Virus record (IMG/VR): IMGVR_UViG_3300028590_000013
Location: 1 to 64,000 of that record
Origin: a virus
Reading direction: 5' to 3' (one strand)
DNA length: 64,000 nt
Shown: piece by piece, positions 1 through 9,694 of the stretch
Layout of the letters: every line of letters starts with the position of its first letter
Numbering within the stretch: the stretch's first letter is position 1
Position numbers and translations under genes: made by a program
The notes under the pieces: generated by a model
Database searches by the model: none
What the model was told of the DNA's origin: nothing
What the model saw: the letters and a program-made list of their open reading frames with translations, nothing else

Positions 1-57
1 CCACGTGAGCCGCTCCTCTTCATTCATTTCATTTTTTGTGTCGGGCTGAGGCGGGAT

Positions 58-112
58 GGTGGGAGGGGGGTGGTTGACCCCCTTTAGGGGGGCCACCCCC
101 CTACCTCCCACC
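58..112. repeat. G/C-rich imperfect palindrome (long hairpin)
   Basis: GGTGGGAGG (58-66) pairs with CCTCCCACC (104-112), GGGGTGG with CCACCCC, inner CCCCC-TTTA-GGGGG. Confidence 0.7.
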
Positions 113-205
113 CCAGAGCCTTTGGTGGCAACCGCGGTAGCCTCACTAGCTTTAGTGCGGGCAGGCCTTGCGAAGCTAACGCGCTTGTTCACGTAGCTCT
201 CCTTG

Positions 206-658
206 TCAGGCCGAAGCCGAGCGCACAGAAGAGGCCGGACGATTCCGACGTGCGGCATCGACACCCTTGGAGATCGGCGCCACGTAGCCAGCCTCGCCCG
301 GACGTGGCAGCGGCTTCTTGGCGCGGGCAATGATCTTGGCCAGCTTTCGCGGAGAAGGCTTGCTCACTTGCTTCGTGCGCAGCGCCGACTTCTTCACCAC
401 AGGCTTCGTTTTCGGGCCGGGCTTCGTCGCGTGTTCGGCACCGGGAACGAGGGCGGCGGCATCGACGATGTCGATCTTGTGCGCCTTTGCCCAGCGCTTC
501 ACTTCAGCGGGCTTGAAGAGCACGGCCCGGCTGTCCGTTTCGACGACGGGGAGCGGTTCTTTGCTCGGGCTGCCCTTGCGCCAGGCATGGATGGTCATGT
601 GGCTGACGTCGAAGGCCTGCTGCACGGCTTTGGTGGTGATGGTGTTGCGGGTGGTCAT
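206..658 (-). CDS. HTH DNA-binding protein with Lys-rich tail
   Basis: N-terminal TTKAVQQAFDVSHMTIHAWRK is MerR/excisionase-like HTH; AAGGA RBS; basic C-terminus. Confidence 0.65.
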   Translation of the reverse strand: MTTRNTITTKAVQQAFDVSHMTIHAWRKGSPSKEPLPVVETDSRAVLFKPAEVKRWAKAHKIDIVDAAALVPGAEHATKPGPKTKPVVKKSALRTKQVSKPSPRKLAKIIARAKKPLPRPGEAGYVAPISKGVDAARRNRPASSVRSASA

Positions 659-687
659 GATTGCGTCCTTTCAGATGGTTGATACGC

Positions 688-702
688 GTCGAGATTATAT
701 AA
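688..702 (-). promoter_or_regulatory. Promoter motif TTATATAATCTCGAC (copy 1)
   Basis: Identical 15-mer at 6327-6341 (+); contains TATAAT; upstream of the HTH gene. Confidence 0.65.
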
Positions 703-765
703 GGTTCTGATAAAGATTCGACAGCTCAGTATAATTGAGCGCCACCATCAACCCCGAGGAGCAAC

Positions 766-1500
766 ATGTTCGGCAAAAACCCCATTCGCGGCATCCTCCG
801 CGACCCCCTCAATCTCGCCGTGGAGGACATCTTCTACACGATCCAAGGCGAGGGCCCGCAAGCCGGGCGCCCGGCCCTCTTCATCCGCCTCGCCGGCTGC
901 AATCTCGCCTGTCATTTCTGCGACACGCAATTCGAGAGCAAAGCCGACATGCCCGAGACCGTCGTGGATCTGCTCGAACGCATTTTCGATACCACCACGC
1001 CGAAGCAGCGCGAACTCGTAGTCATCACGGGCGGCGAGCCCATGCGGCAAGATTGGTCGGGGCTTGCCCGCGTTCTCCTCAAGGGCGGCACGGATCTCAT
1101 CCAGGTCGAGACGGCTGGTACTCTCTGGCAGCCGGGCCTCGCCGAGTTCATTGAATCCGGCGACGTTCAGCTTGTGTGCAGCCCCAAGACGCCCCAAGTG
1201 CACCGCCTCATCTCTGAATCCTGCGCGCACTGGAAATACATCATCCGTGGTGGCGAAGTCGATGTCGAAGACGGGCTCCCCAACCGCGGCACGCAGGTCG
1301 CTACGCTTGGCAAGCCCAGCCGCCTCTACCGGCCCTGGGACAGAGGCGCTTGCGATGACTACGGCACCGTGTGGCTCTCGCCTTGCGACGACTACGACGC
1401 TGAGCTGAACAAGGTGAATCTGGAACTCGCACGGGATCTGTGCCTGAAGCACGGCTACCGCTTGAGTCTGCAGATGCACAAGCTCATTCAGGTGCCGTGA
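766..1500 (+). CDS. queE: 7-carboxy-7-deazaguanine synthase (radical SAM)
   Basis: IFYTIQGEG, FIRLAGCNLACHFCDT, ITGGEP, VETAG, SPK, RLSLQMHK motifs; GAGGAG RBS; TATAAT at 730-735. Confidence 0.95.
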   Translation: MFGKNPIRGILRDPLNLAVEDIFYTIQGEGPQAGRPALFIRLAGCNLACHFCDTQFESKADMPETVVDLLERIFDTTTPKQRELVVITGGEPMRQDWSGLARVLLKGGTDLIQVETAGTLWQPGLAEFIESGDVQLVCSPKTPQVHRLISESCAHWKYIIRGGEVDVEDGLPNRGTQVATLGKPSRLYRPWDRGACDDYGTVWLSPCDDYDAELNKVNLELARDLCLKHGYRLSLQMHKLIQVP

Positions 1501-1931
1501 TGAAGGGCGGCAAACTGGAGCCAGGGGCCGTCTGTGTGGTCATCAGTGAGGCCCGTGGCTATGAGCGCAACATTGGGGTTCTCATCACGCTCGTAGATTA
1601 CGAAGTCAGCGGAACCTGGGGCAGCTTGACTCGGCGGGAGCCGGGTGGCGTGCGCGGCACCTGGACCTTCAAAGAGGCCAGCCGGCCCATCCTTGTGGCC
1701 CAGTATCCTGATCACTTCGTGACTAGCAGCGAACCCTATGAGATCGGTGGGGGCTATTTCTTAGTTCCGGCGTTTGCGCCTCACAGACTCTTGCCCATCA
1801 AGGGCGATGGCACAGGGGAGGAGCTTTGGCGAGAGCAGCCTCTTGCCCATGAGAAGCAGCTAGTCACCGGCCCCATGGCGCTGCAGCATTGGAACTGCCG
1901 CTGCGTTGTGCGGCCTATTGTCAAGCCATGA
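1500..1931 (+). CDS. hypothetical protein
   Basis: ATG overlaps the queE stop; its stop overlaps the next start. Confidence 0.6.
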   Translation: MKGGKLEPGAVCVVISEARGYERNIGVLITLVDYEVSGTWGSLTRREPGGVRGTWTFKEASRPILVAQYPDHFVTSSEPYEIGGGYFLVPAFAPHRLLPIKGDGTGEELWREQPLAHEKQLVTGPMALQHWNCRCVVRPIVKP

Positions 1932-2179
1932 GCGGCATCATCTCTGCAAGACGCGTCACCGAAGAGCTGCTTGAAGTCGAGAGCAGCTACTTCGGAGAAG
2001 TCTTCACGCGGCAGCTCTGGGTGCATGGCAAGGCCAGGAAGGCAGCGCGTTGCGCTAAGTCGGACCGCCCCATCTCCACAGGGGACGACATCTACCGGCC
2101 CTTCGGCAACAAAGCCAATCGCTCGATGCGTGCCCTCGCCGTCGAGATTGAGAAGATCCTCCCGAAGGAAGCATCATGA
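1928..2179 (+). CDS. DUF3331-like small protein
   Basis: QLW..GKARKAARCAKSDRPISTGDDIYRP..N resembles the Burkholderiales DUF3331 pattern. Confidence 0.5.
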   Translation: MSGIISARRVTEELLEVESSYFGEVFTRQLWVHGKARKAARCAKSDRPISTGDDIYRPFGNKANRSMRALAVEIEKILPKEAS

Positions 2180-3018
2180 AGAAAGTTCTGCTCTGCGTTG
2201 ACCTGAGCTACCAGAGCTACAGGGCGAGCGCGGCCAACGCCAAGCTCACAAGCCGCCGCATCTTCACGGGTGGCCTCTACGGCTTCTTCATGAGCTTCGC
2301 CGCTGCTGTGCGTGAGACAAGGGCCACACACGTCGCCATCTGCGAGGACAGCAAGCCCTACGTCCGAAGCGAGGAGTATCCCGACTATAAGATCTTTCGG
2401 GCGCGGACCGCGGATCCCGTGCTGAAGGAGAACCACAAGGTCAGCATGGAGATGATCCTCGACACGCTCTATGAGTGCGGCATCAACACGTGGAGCGTCA
2501 AAGGTTTCGAGAGTGACGACCTCATTGCCCACGCCGTCGACATCTATGAGCATCGCTTTGACGCCATCTATGCGCAGTCCAACGACAGCGACCTCTACCA
2601 GCTCTTCGACAAGGAGAACTTCCATCTTTATAACGACGGCATGATGAAGCTCTGGAATGGCAAGCGCCTGGCCAAGGAGCTGGGTATCACGCCGCAGCAA
2701 TACATGATGGCGACGGCGCTCACGGGCACGCACAACGACATCGAGGGCATCCAGGGCGTTGGCATCAAGACTGCGCTCAAGGCCCTCGCTGACGCTTCCC
2801 TCATGCGCAAGTACCGCGACAGCCACGGCCACATCATCGACCGCAACCTCCAGCTTATAAAGCTCCCGCATGCCAGCTTCCCCAGAGGGGAGCGCCTCCC
2901 CCAGCACGACGCCCAGCAATTCAACTCGCGGCGACTCGTCAGAAGCCTCGCGCGATACGACATCGACACGACCAGTGCGATGGTAAACGCCTTTGAGCAG
3001 CTTCTACAGTATAGATAG
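2176..3018 (+). CDS. 5'-3' exonuclease / flap endonuclease
   Basis: VDLS..YR, YPDYK, ESDDLIA, DSDLYQL, H3TH motif NDIEGIQGVGIKTA. Confidence 0.9.
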   Translation: MKKVLLCVDLSYQSYRASAANAKLTSRRIFTGGLYGFFMSFAAAVRETRATHVAICEDSKPYVRSEEYPDYKIFRARTADPVLKENHKVSMEMILDTLYECGINTWSVKGFESDDLIAHAVDIYEHRFDAIYAQSNDSDLYQLFDKENFHLYNDGMMKLWNGKRLAKELGITPQQYMMATALTGTHNDIEGIQGVGIKTALKALADASLMRKYRDSHGHIIDRNLQLIKLPHASFPRGERLPQHDAQQFNSRRLVRSLARYDIDTTSAMVNAFEQLLQYR

Positions 3019-3019
3019 G
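3009..3019 (+). promoter_or_regulatory. Putative phage promoter motif GTATAGATAGG
   Basis: Identical at 18552-18562 (+) and 62582-62592 (-); variants at 29719, 23195, 8547. Confidence 0.55.
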
Positions 3020-3043
3020 GGTAACTACTTCAGAGGTGACCAC

Positions 3044-3289
3044 ATGCCAGAGACGCCCCGCTACTCCCACACGGAGGGCATCCGACTAGGCCGCAAGCAA
3101 GCCATCAGCGTGCTTATCAAGAACGCCGAGGACTTCGAGCAGATGGCGGCCCAGCAACAACAAGAGTTCGAGGCCCGCGCCAAGGAGCGTTGGTTCCAGG
3201 CCGTGAAGAATCGCACGCAAGCCATTGAATACGCCAGCAAGGCCCGCCTCTTGCGCGGCCAAGCAAAACTCATTGAAGAGCTTCCCTAA
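3044..3289 (+). CDS. hypothetical coiled-coil protein
   Basis: GAGGT RBS; fills the gap before the helicase. Confidence 0.55.
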   Translation: MPETPRYSHTEGIRLGRKQAISVLIKNAEDFEQMAAQQQQEFEARAKERWFQAVKNRTQAIEYASKARLLRGQAKLIEELP

Positions 3290-3291
3290 AA

Positions 3292-4743
3292 ATGGACAAC
3301 GACGAGAGACTCAGCGGCACGCTACAGGAGAACATCCTGTCCGTGCTTTGCTTCGACGACAAATTCTGTAAGCTGGTCTGCGCGACGGTGAGCCCCAAGC
3401 TCTTTGAGAGCACGGTCTTCCGCGAAGTCGCAGGCCATGCCATGGACTACATCGAGCAATACGGGGAGCCCATCAAGGAGCACCTCCCCGACCACCTCGA
3501 GTCCATCCTCATGGGCGACGACGCCCGCAAGGCTTCGACCTACAAGCGGCTGCTCGACAACCTCTTCTTGAGCAAGGATGGCGTCAACGGCGCCTACGTG
3601 GTTCAGCAGCTGCACAAGTTCGTGCGGCAGCAGAACATCAAATCCGGCTTGGCTGAAGCCATCGAAGCCGTGAACGACGGCCGCATCGACGATGCCGAGC
3701 TGGCCATGCAGAAGAGCCTCAACACGCAGGCCGTGGCTTTTGAGCCGGGCCTGCGCCTGGATAACGTGGACGACCTTGGCGCCATCCTCGACGATCCAGA
3801 GGAGGAGGGCTTCGACATGGGGATTCCGATGCTCGATGAGCGGGGAATCATCCCCAGGCGCAAAGAGCTTTACATGCTCATGGCCCCGCGTGGCAAAGGC
3901 AAGTCGTGGTTCCTCACGCATTGCGCCAAGCAAGCGCTGAAGAGCCGCTGGAGCGTGCTGATCGTCACCTTGGAGATGAGCGAGCGCCGCTACGCAGCAC
4001 GGATGCTGCAGAGCCTCTTCTCCATCAGCCGCCGTGAAGGCAGCGTCCTCGTGACCCGCTTCAGCAAGGACCGCGACGGCGATCTCCAGAGCTTCATCGA
4101 AGAGAAGATCGAGCGGCCCAGCATGAAGGACGAGGACATCCGCGCCTTCCTCATGCGCAAGGCCAAGAGCCAGTTCATGAAGCGCAAGCGCCTCGTCATC
4201 AAGGCCTTCTCCACGAAGCGCCTGACGATCCCCATGCTCAACGCCTACCTGGACGGTCTGCAGCGCTTCGAGAACTTCACGCCCGATGCCGTCATCATCG
4301 ACTATCCCGACCTCTTCGCCATGGATGCCAAGGCACAGAAGCGCGATGAAGTGGGCCGCATCGTGGAGGAGCTGCGCGGCATCGGCAATGACAGGAATGC
4401 CGCCATGATCACGGTGACGCAGGGCAACCGGGAGAGCGAGAAGGCGACCACGGTGACCGGCGACATGGTGGCCGAGGACATCAGCAAGCTTGCCACGGCG
4501 GACGTGCTGCTCACGTTGAGCCAGACCGCGGCGGAGTATGCCCTGGGCCTGGCGCGCCTCTTCGTGGAGAAGGTGCGCAATGAAGAGGGCAAGATGACGG
4601 CCCTCATTACGCAGGCCTATGCCATCGGTCAATTCTGCCTTGACAGCGTGCGCCTCAGCATCGACTACTGGGAGATGATGAAGGACCGCGGTGAGCGCAA
4701 CGGCCGGCGCCGCAAGCGCAGCGATGACGACGAGGAGGAATGA
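3292..4743 (+). CDS. DnaB-like (SF4) replicative helicase
   Basis: Walker A APRGKGKS, TLEMS, IIDYPD, TVTQGNR, AED, K-x-R finger. Confidence 0.9.
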   Translation: MDNDERLSGTLQENILSVLCFDDKFCKLVCATVSPKLFESTVFREVAGHAMDYIEQYGEPIKEHLPDHLESILMGDDARKASTYKRLLDNLFLSKDGVNGAYVVQQLHKFVRQQNIKSGLAEAIEAVNDGRIDDAELAMQKSLNTQAVAFEPGLRLDNVDDLGAILDDPEEEGFDMGIPMLDERGIIPRRKELYMLMAPRGKGKSWFLTHCAKQALKSRWSVLIVTLEMSERRYAARMLQSLFSISRREGSVLVTRFSKDRDGDLQSFIEEKIERPSMKDEDIRAFLMRKAKSQFMKRKRLVIKAFSTKRLTIPMLNAYLDGLQRFENFTPDAVIIDYPDLFAMDAKAQKRDEVGRIVEELRGIGNDRNAAMITVTQGNRESEKATTVTGDMVAEDISKLATADVLLTLSQTAAEYALGLARLFVEKVRNEEGKMTALITQAYAIGQFCLDSVRLSIDYWEMMKDRGERNGRRRKRSDDDEEE

Positions 4744-4756
4744 TCGTGGGCCTCAT

Positions 4757-6322
4757 ATGCTGATTAGCCGCCGTGCCGTCGCCGAGTACTTGGAGCGCGA
4801 CTTCAATAGCTACCTGTGGATGAAGAAGCTCCCGCTGGAGAAGATCGAGCGGGAGCTTTCCTATCTCAAGGTGCGGCCTCGCTTCAAGACGGTGCCCTGG
4901 CTGCACCAGCTCGTGTGCTTCTACATTTGCCTCATCGAGCCGCGCTTCCTCTTGCTGCTGGACATGGGCACTGGCAAGACTAAGATCCTGCTTGACGTGC
5001 TGACGCAGCTCATCAGGGAGAAGAGGGTGGAGCGCGCCCTCGTCACGGTGCCGCGCATCATCAATATCGACAGCTGGGTGCGCGCCGCCGACCAGCACTC
5101 GAACCTTGAACCTAATCGCATTGACGTCTCCGACATCGAAGAGAAGCGCCACCGCTTGCTCAATCCCATCGGCGAGTTGAGCATCATCGACTATGCGGGC
5201 TTGCGCCTGGCTCTGAGCAAGAAGAAAAAGGGTGGTGGCCTGGAGCGCGATGAGAGCCTTGTGCGGCAAGTGCAGAAGCTCTACAACTTCGTGGCGCCCG
5301 ACGAGAGCCATACGCTGAGCAATCACGACAACCTGCAGTACGGCATCATGCGCAAGCTCGCGCGCCGCGCTGACTATGTCTACGCCGCCACGGGGACGCT
5401 CTTCGGCGCCGACGTGGAGGATCTCTGGAGCCAGTTCTACCTCGTCGACCAGGGCGAGACCTTCGGCCCCAATCTCGGCATCTTCCGCGCCGCCTTCTTC
5501 ACGGAGAAGCAAGACAAGTGGAAGGGCGCCTTGTACCGCTACAACAAGCGGATGGACCACGATCTGCACCGAATGCTGCAGCACCGCAGCATTCGCTACG
5601 AGGATTACGAAGTCAGCGATCTCCCCAAACGCGTGCCCCTGCGCAAGATCTACGACATGGGGGACGAGCAGCGTGAGCATTACTTGCGAGCACTCGAGGG
5701 CCTCATCAATGCCGGTGGCGTGCTCAGCGATCTTGATGCCCAGTGGACGCGCATGCGGCAAATCAGCAGCGGCTACCTGGCGTGGAAGGACAACCTTGGC
5801 GACCACGTGCTGCGCTTCGCACACAACCCGAAGCTGGAGGGCCTCGTGTCCATCGTCAATGAGCTGGGCCGCAAGAAGATCATCATCTGCCACGACTACA
5901 CGGAAACGGGCAAGATGATCGTGGAGCGCCTCAAGAAGGAGGGCAACAAGGTCGAGTGGCTCTACGGGGGCACCAAAGATCGTTCAACCCTCATGAAGCG
6001 CTTCATGACCGATCCCAGCGTCAAGGTCCTGGTGATGAACACCATTGCCGGTGGCACGGGCACAGACGGCCTACAAGAGGTCGCCCATCACCTCGCCTTC
6101 TATGAGACGCCCACGAGCCCCAGCGTGCGCAAGCAGGCCGAGAAGCGCGTGCACCGATCCGGCCAGGAGCGCCGATCCTTCATCATCGACCTCATCATGG
6201 ACAAGAGCCTGGATCAGGGCCTGCTTGACAACATAGCGGCGGGGATCGACTGCCATGAGCGCGTCGTCAACGGCCGGCTGCCACAGAAAAAATTCTTCCT
6301 GACGGCCGCCCACGAGAGGTGA
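4757..6322 (+). CDS. SNF2-family helicase
   Basis: DMGTGKT, DESH, ATGT, QAEKRVHRSGQ. Confidence 0.9.
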   Translation: MLISRRAVAEYLERDFNSYLWMKKLPLEKIERELSYLKVRPRFKTVPWLHQLVCFYICLIEPRFLLLLDMGTGKTKILLDVLTQLIREKRVERALVTVPRIINIDSWVRAADQHSNLEPNRIDVSDIEEKRHRLLNPIGELSIIDYAGLRLALSKKKKGGGLERDESLVRQVQKLYNFVAPDESHTLSNHDNLQYGIMRKLARRADYVYAATGTLFGADVEDLWSQFYLVDQGETFGPNLGIFRAAFFTEKQDKWKGALYRYNKRMDHDLHRMLQHRSIRYEDYEVSDLPKRVPLRKIYDMGDEQREHYLRALEGLINAGGVLSDLDAQWTRMRQISSGYLAWKDNLGDHVLRFAHNPKLEGLVSIVNELGRKKIIICHDYTETGKMIVERLKKEGNKVEWLYGGTKDRSTLMKRFMTDPSVKVLVMNTIAGGTGTDGLQEVAHHLAFYETPTSPSVRKQAEKRVHRSGQERRSFIIDLIMDKSLDQGLLDNIAAGIDCHERVVNGRLPQKKFFLTAAHER

Positions 6323-6341
6323 ATCTTTATATAATCTCGAC
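6322..6341 (+). promoter_or_regulatory. Promoter motif AATCTTTATATAATCTCGAC (copy 2)
   Basis: Shared with 688-702 (-) and 21977-21991 (+); AT-rich island with TATAAT before an AGGAG RBS. Confidence 0.7.
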
Positions 6342-6359
6342 ATCTCTAGGAGCATCCAC

Positions 6360-6605
6360 ATGTCCAAACCCAGTCCGACAGGGCGCCTCAGCGAAAGCAA
6401 GCCCGAGCTTCAGGAATTGCCGAGTACCCCTTATCGCCGCAAATTCGCCCTCGTGTCGGCGCTGCTCACACGCCCGGAGGGGAAGAGCTGGCTTGTTCAG
6501 CGCCTCTATGCTGAGCGCTTGCGCCTGCTGGCTGAACAGCGGCAGCTCGGGCAGCTTGCCATTAAAAAGGCCATCGCGGCTTTCCTCGCCTCCTTCAAGC
6601 GCTGA
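6360..6605 (+). CDS. hypothetical protein
   Basis: AGGAG RBS; basic 81-aa ORF. Confidence 0.6.
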   Translation: MSKPSPTGRLSESKPELQELPSTPYRRKFALVSALLTRPEGKSWLVQRLYAERLRLLAEQRQLGQLAIKKAIAAFLASFKR

Positions 6606-6607
6606 TC

Positions 6608-7624
6608 GTGGCGCGCGTCTTCGATTGGGAGAAGCTGCTCCGTGAGCGGCGCATCCCTTACGCCGAGAGCGGACCCAACATAAAGCGGGGCGAGATAGGC
6701 ATTCGCTGCCCCTTCTGCGGCAGCGCGGATCCTTCCATGCACATGGGCCTGAGCCGCGAGACAGGTTGGTATTCCTGCTGGCGCAACCGCAAGCAGCACA
6801 GCGGCAAGAGCCCTCTGCGCCTCATCATGAAGCTCCTTGGCGTGCCATACGGCATGGCCAGGGAGATTGCGGGGCTTGGCGATGACTACGTAGACCCCGA
6901 AGGCTTCGACGCCATCGCCGCCGCCTTCATGGGGCGCATGGGGGGCACAGGCCGCAAGGAGGAGGTCCAACGACGTCGCCTGCATCTGGACCCGGAGTTC
7001 CAGGTGATCGAGGCACGTGGGCGAACAAGACGCCATCACGAGTACCTCGTGGAGGACCGCGGCTTCAATCGACCTGGGGACGTCGATCTCCTGGGCCGCC
7101 TCTACGGCATCTGCGCTGGCGTGAATGAAGCCTGGCGTGACCGCATCATCTTGCCCTACTACCTCGATGCCCAGCTCGTGACCTGGACGGGGCGCGCCAT
7201 CGGCAAGTCCTACATCCGCTACCGCGATCTGGAGATTGAGGAGAGCGTGCTGCCGCCCAAGCTCACACTCTACAACCACGACTGCGTGAGCGCAGGCGGC
7301 AAGGCTTTGATCCTTCAGGAAGGCCCCTTTGATGCCTTGAAGGTGGACTTCTATGGGCGGCGCTTCGGTGTGCGCTCTATGGGCCTCTCAACGAACTCCT
7401 TGCAGGATGCTCAGGCCTTTCTCCTGCAGGAGGCTGCCGACCGCTTCGAGCGGATAGTCGTGATGATGGACAATGCCAACAAGCTGGCTGTGATGGATTC
7501 CCTCAGGATGCAGCAAGAGCTTGCATTCCTCCCCAACGTAAAGATCGCCCCTGTGCCCTTCAAGCGCAAGGATGGGGGCGAGCTGTCCGCCGATGAAGTA
7601 GAAGAATGGGCGCAAGCCCTTTAG
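6608..7624 (+). CDS. DNA primase (Zn finger + TOPRIM)
   Basis: CPFC...H..C zinc-binding motif, RIILP, GRAI, QEGPFDA, MMDN, KDGGE. Confidence 0.85.
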   Translation: MARVFDWEKLLRERRIPYAESGPNIKRGEIGIRCPFCGSADPSMHMGLSRETGWYSCWRNRKQHSGKSPLRLIMKLLGVPYGMAREIAGLGDDYVDPEGFDAIAAAFMGRMGGTGRKEEVQRRRLHLDPEFQVIEARGRTRRHHEYLVEDRGFNRPGDVDLLGRLYGICAGVNEAWRDRIILPYYLDAQLVTWTGRAIGKSYIRYRDLEIEESVLPPKLTLYNHDCVSAGGKALILQEGPFDALKVDFYGRRFGVRSMGLSTNSLQDAQAFLLQEAADRFERIVVMMDNANKLAVMDSLRMQQELAFLPNVKIAPVPFKRKDGGELSADEVEEWAQAL

Positions 7625-7632
7625 GAGAGCCC

Positions 7633-7998
7633 ATGGCTAATTGGAAGACATACATGAACAGCGACTTCGCGGGATGCCGCTTGCTCGCCTATGCGCACGA
7701 CAACTGCCGCAATCGCGACGTGCGCCTCTACCTCATCCCCGGTGAATGGGAAGCCGTCGGCGTCACCGATGGCGTCGACAAGTGGGTGGCCCCGGCTGTG
7801 CGCGACATCATGAGCGTCGACATTCCGAAGCTCTTGAGAATGCTACAGGCCGGAGATGACATCCCCAAGCCCACGCCGCTTGTGCGCCGTCAGCGCGAAG
7901 CTCTTGTCGTCGAAGAAGAGCCCCAGCCCAAAAAGCGCCCCCGCGTTGTCATTGAAGACCAACCCCAGCCAAGGAGAAGCCGTGTCCAACTCGTATGA
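7633..7998 (+). CDS. hypothetical protein
   Basis: AGGAG RBS; in operon order. Confidence 0.6.
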   Translation: MANWKTYMNSDFAGCRLLAYAHDNCRNRDVRLYLIPGEWEAVGVTDGVDKWVAPAVRDIMSVDIPKLLRMLQAGDDIPKPTPLVRRQREALVVEEEPQPKKRPRVVIEDQPQPRRSRVQLV

Positions 7999-8524
7999 AC
8001 CCATCTTCAAAGGCCCCATTGAGGGATTCGTTGTCAATTCGCTGAAGACCAACTTCTGGCGTATCGAGGCCTCGTGTACGATGGATGATGCTCTTCAGGA
8101 GGCCCGCTGCGCCTTCTTGCGCGTGGCACACAAGTACCCAGGCGTGGAAGCCCCCCAGTTCATGGCGCTGTTCAAGATGGCATGGCACAACAAGCTCACA
8201 GACCTCGCGAACGACGACACGAAGCTGCGCGCCATGGTGCCCCTACTTGCGCGCTCCGAGGACTCAGACTATGAAGTCGACACCGTGGGCGAGCTGGACA
8301 ACGAAGGCGCCCTCGGCGTGGCGATACGTCAGGCGCCCAAGGAAGTGCAGGCAGTCATCAATCTCTTTCTGTCTGCTCCCCAGGAGATCCTGGATCTCGC
8401 GCTACGTGGCTGGAGCGCCAAGGGCCGCCGCAAAACGGACGGTAGCCGCCGCATCTGCCGTTTGTTGGGCCTGGACGAGAATCTCGACGTGCTCGCTCTT
8501 GTGGAGGATCACTTCACGAAATAG
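7982..8524 (+). CDS. sigma-70 region-2-like transcription factor
   Basis: DDALQEARCAFLRV...F...F...WHNKLTD resembles sigma region 2; AAGGAG RBS before GTG. Confidence 0.5.
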   Translation: MSNSYEPIFKGPIEGFVVNSLKTNFWRIEASCTMDDALQEARCAFLRVAHKYPGVEAPQFMALFKMAWHNKLTDLANDDTKLRAMVPLLARSEDSDYEVDTVGELDNEGALGVAIRQAPKEVQAVINLFLSAPQEILDLALRGWSAKGRRKTDGSRRICRLLGLDENLDVLALVEDHFTK

Positions 8525-8606
8525 AGAGACACAGCAAAATTCCCCCGTATATTTCCACAGCCATTTTGGCTACCCAACCCGCTTTAACTAACGGAGCACA
8601 CAGCAA

Positions 8607-9611
8607 ATGAAGAGCGCAATCTATTCCGAACTCAGCAAGGCCGCAGGCATCAAATTCAAGACCGGTGAAGACCTGCAGGCTTACTTCATCGAACTCCTGA
8701 AGGGCATTGCCAGCCTCAAGGATCCCGAGTGGGACGCCCTCAGCGTCGAAGCCCAGGACTGGTACAACGCCGCCGCCAAGGCGAAGAACAAGAAGGAGCC
8801 CATCGTCGACTTCCCCGACCTGGAAAAGGAGAAGGAAGAGGAGGAAGCTCCCCGCCGCTCGCGCCGCAAGGCCGAAGAAGAAGAAGACGACAAGGGCAGC
8901 GAAGAGCTGATGCTCAAGGTGGGCGACGAAGTCACCGTGGTGAACGCCAAGGGCAAGGAACGCGTGGGCACGATCGTCGAGCAGGACGCCAAGATGCTTG
9001 TCATCAAGGACAACGGCGACGGCGAAGAATACGAATACACGCGCGCCACGCTGCAGTCGATCACCAAGAAGAACGGCGACGTCGAAGAAGACCAGCCGCG
9101 TCGTTCGCGCCGCAAGGCCGAAGAAGAAGACGAACCGGCCGTGCCCGAGATCAAGAAGGGCGACAAGGTCGTGGCCGTCACCAAGCGCGGCAAGACCATC
9201 AAGGGCGTGGTCGAGAAGATCAGCGACGACATGGTGAGCATCGACGACGGTGACGACGTCTGGGACTTCGAGAAGGAGCGCCTGGAAAGCCTGCTGCCCG
9301 ATGGCGTCACCAAGACCGTGAAGAAGGAAGAAGACGGCGACGAAGCCCCGCGCCGTGGCCGCACCTCGACCAAGGAAAAGGAAGAACCCAAGGAAGAAGG
9401 CGCGCGCACCCGCTCCAGCAACAAGGAAGGCGTGAGCATCGGTCAGCGTATCCGCGAGCTGATCGCCGAAGACCTCGACATCACCGAAGAAGCCATCGGC
9501 AAGCAGCTCAAGAAGGAAGGCATCGACTTCAAGGAGAATACGCTGAACCTGAACTACAAGGAATCGATGAAGTTCATCGCCATCCTGAAGGCAGCGAAGC
9601 GCCTGAAGTAA
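8607..9611 (+). CDS. Highly charged protein with two KOW/SH3-like repeats
   Basis: LKVGDEVTVVNAKGK..VGTI and IKKGDKVVAVTKRGK..KGVV repeats with PRRSRRKAEEE linkers; followed by a terminator. Confidence 0.7.
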   Translation: MKSAIYSELSKAAGIKFKTGEDLQAYFIELLKGIASLKDPEWDALSVEAQDWYNAAAKAKNKKEPIVDFPDLEKEKEEEEAPRRSRRKAEEEEDDKGSEELMLKVGDEVTVVNAKGKERVGTIVEQDAKMLVIKDNGDGEEYEYTRATLQSITKKNGDVEEDQPRRSRRKAEEEDEPAVPEIKKGDKVVAVTKRGKTIKGVVEKISDDMVSIDDGDDVWDFEKERLESLLPDGVTKTVKKEEDGDEAPRRGRTSTKEKEEPKEEGARTRSSNKEGVSIGQRIRELIAEDLDITEEAIGKQLKKEGIDFKENTLNLNYKESMKFIAILKAAKRLK

Positions 9612-9635
9612 GCCGCGGCTTCGGCCGTTGACTCG

Positions 9636-9668
9636 AAGGGCCCCGGTATATATGCCTGGGCCCTTTTT
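9636..9668 (+). terminator. Rho-independent terminator
   Basis: AAGGGCCC...GGGCCCTT stem then T run; preceded by a C-UUCG-G hairpin at ~9615-9628. Confidence 0.75.
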
Positions 9669-9694
9669 CATTTCCCCATCAAGGAGTTTCCAGA

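Noticed and set aside
206-658. Excisionase implying a temperate phage
   Set aside because: No integrase, repressor or att site seen in the window; a generic HTH is more parsimonious
1880-1931. HWNCRC motif resembling the gpF C-terminus
   Set aside because: Only a short motif; the rest is unrelated and a real gpF-like gene is at 55404-56153
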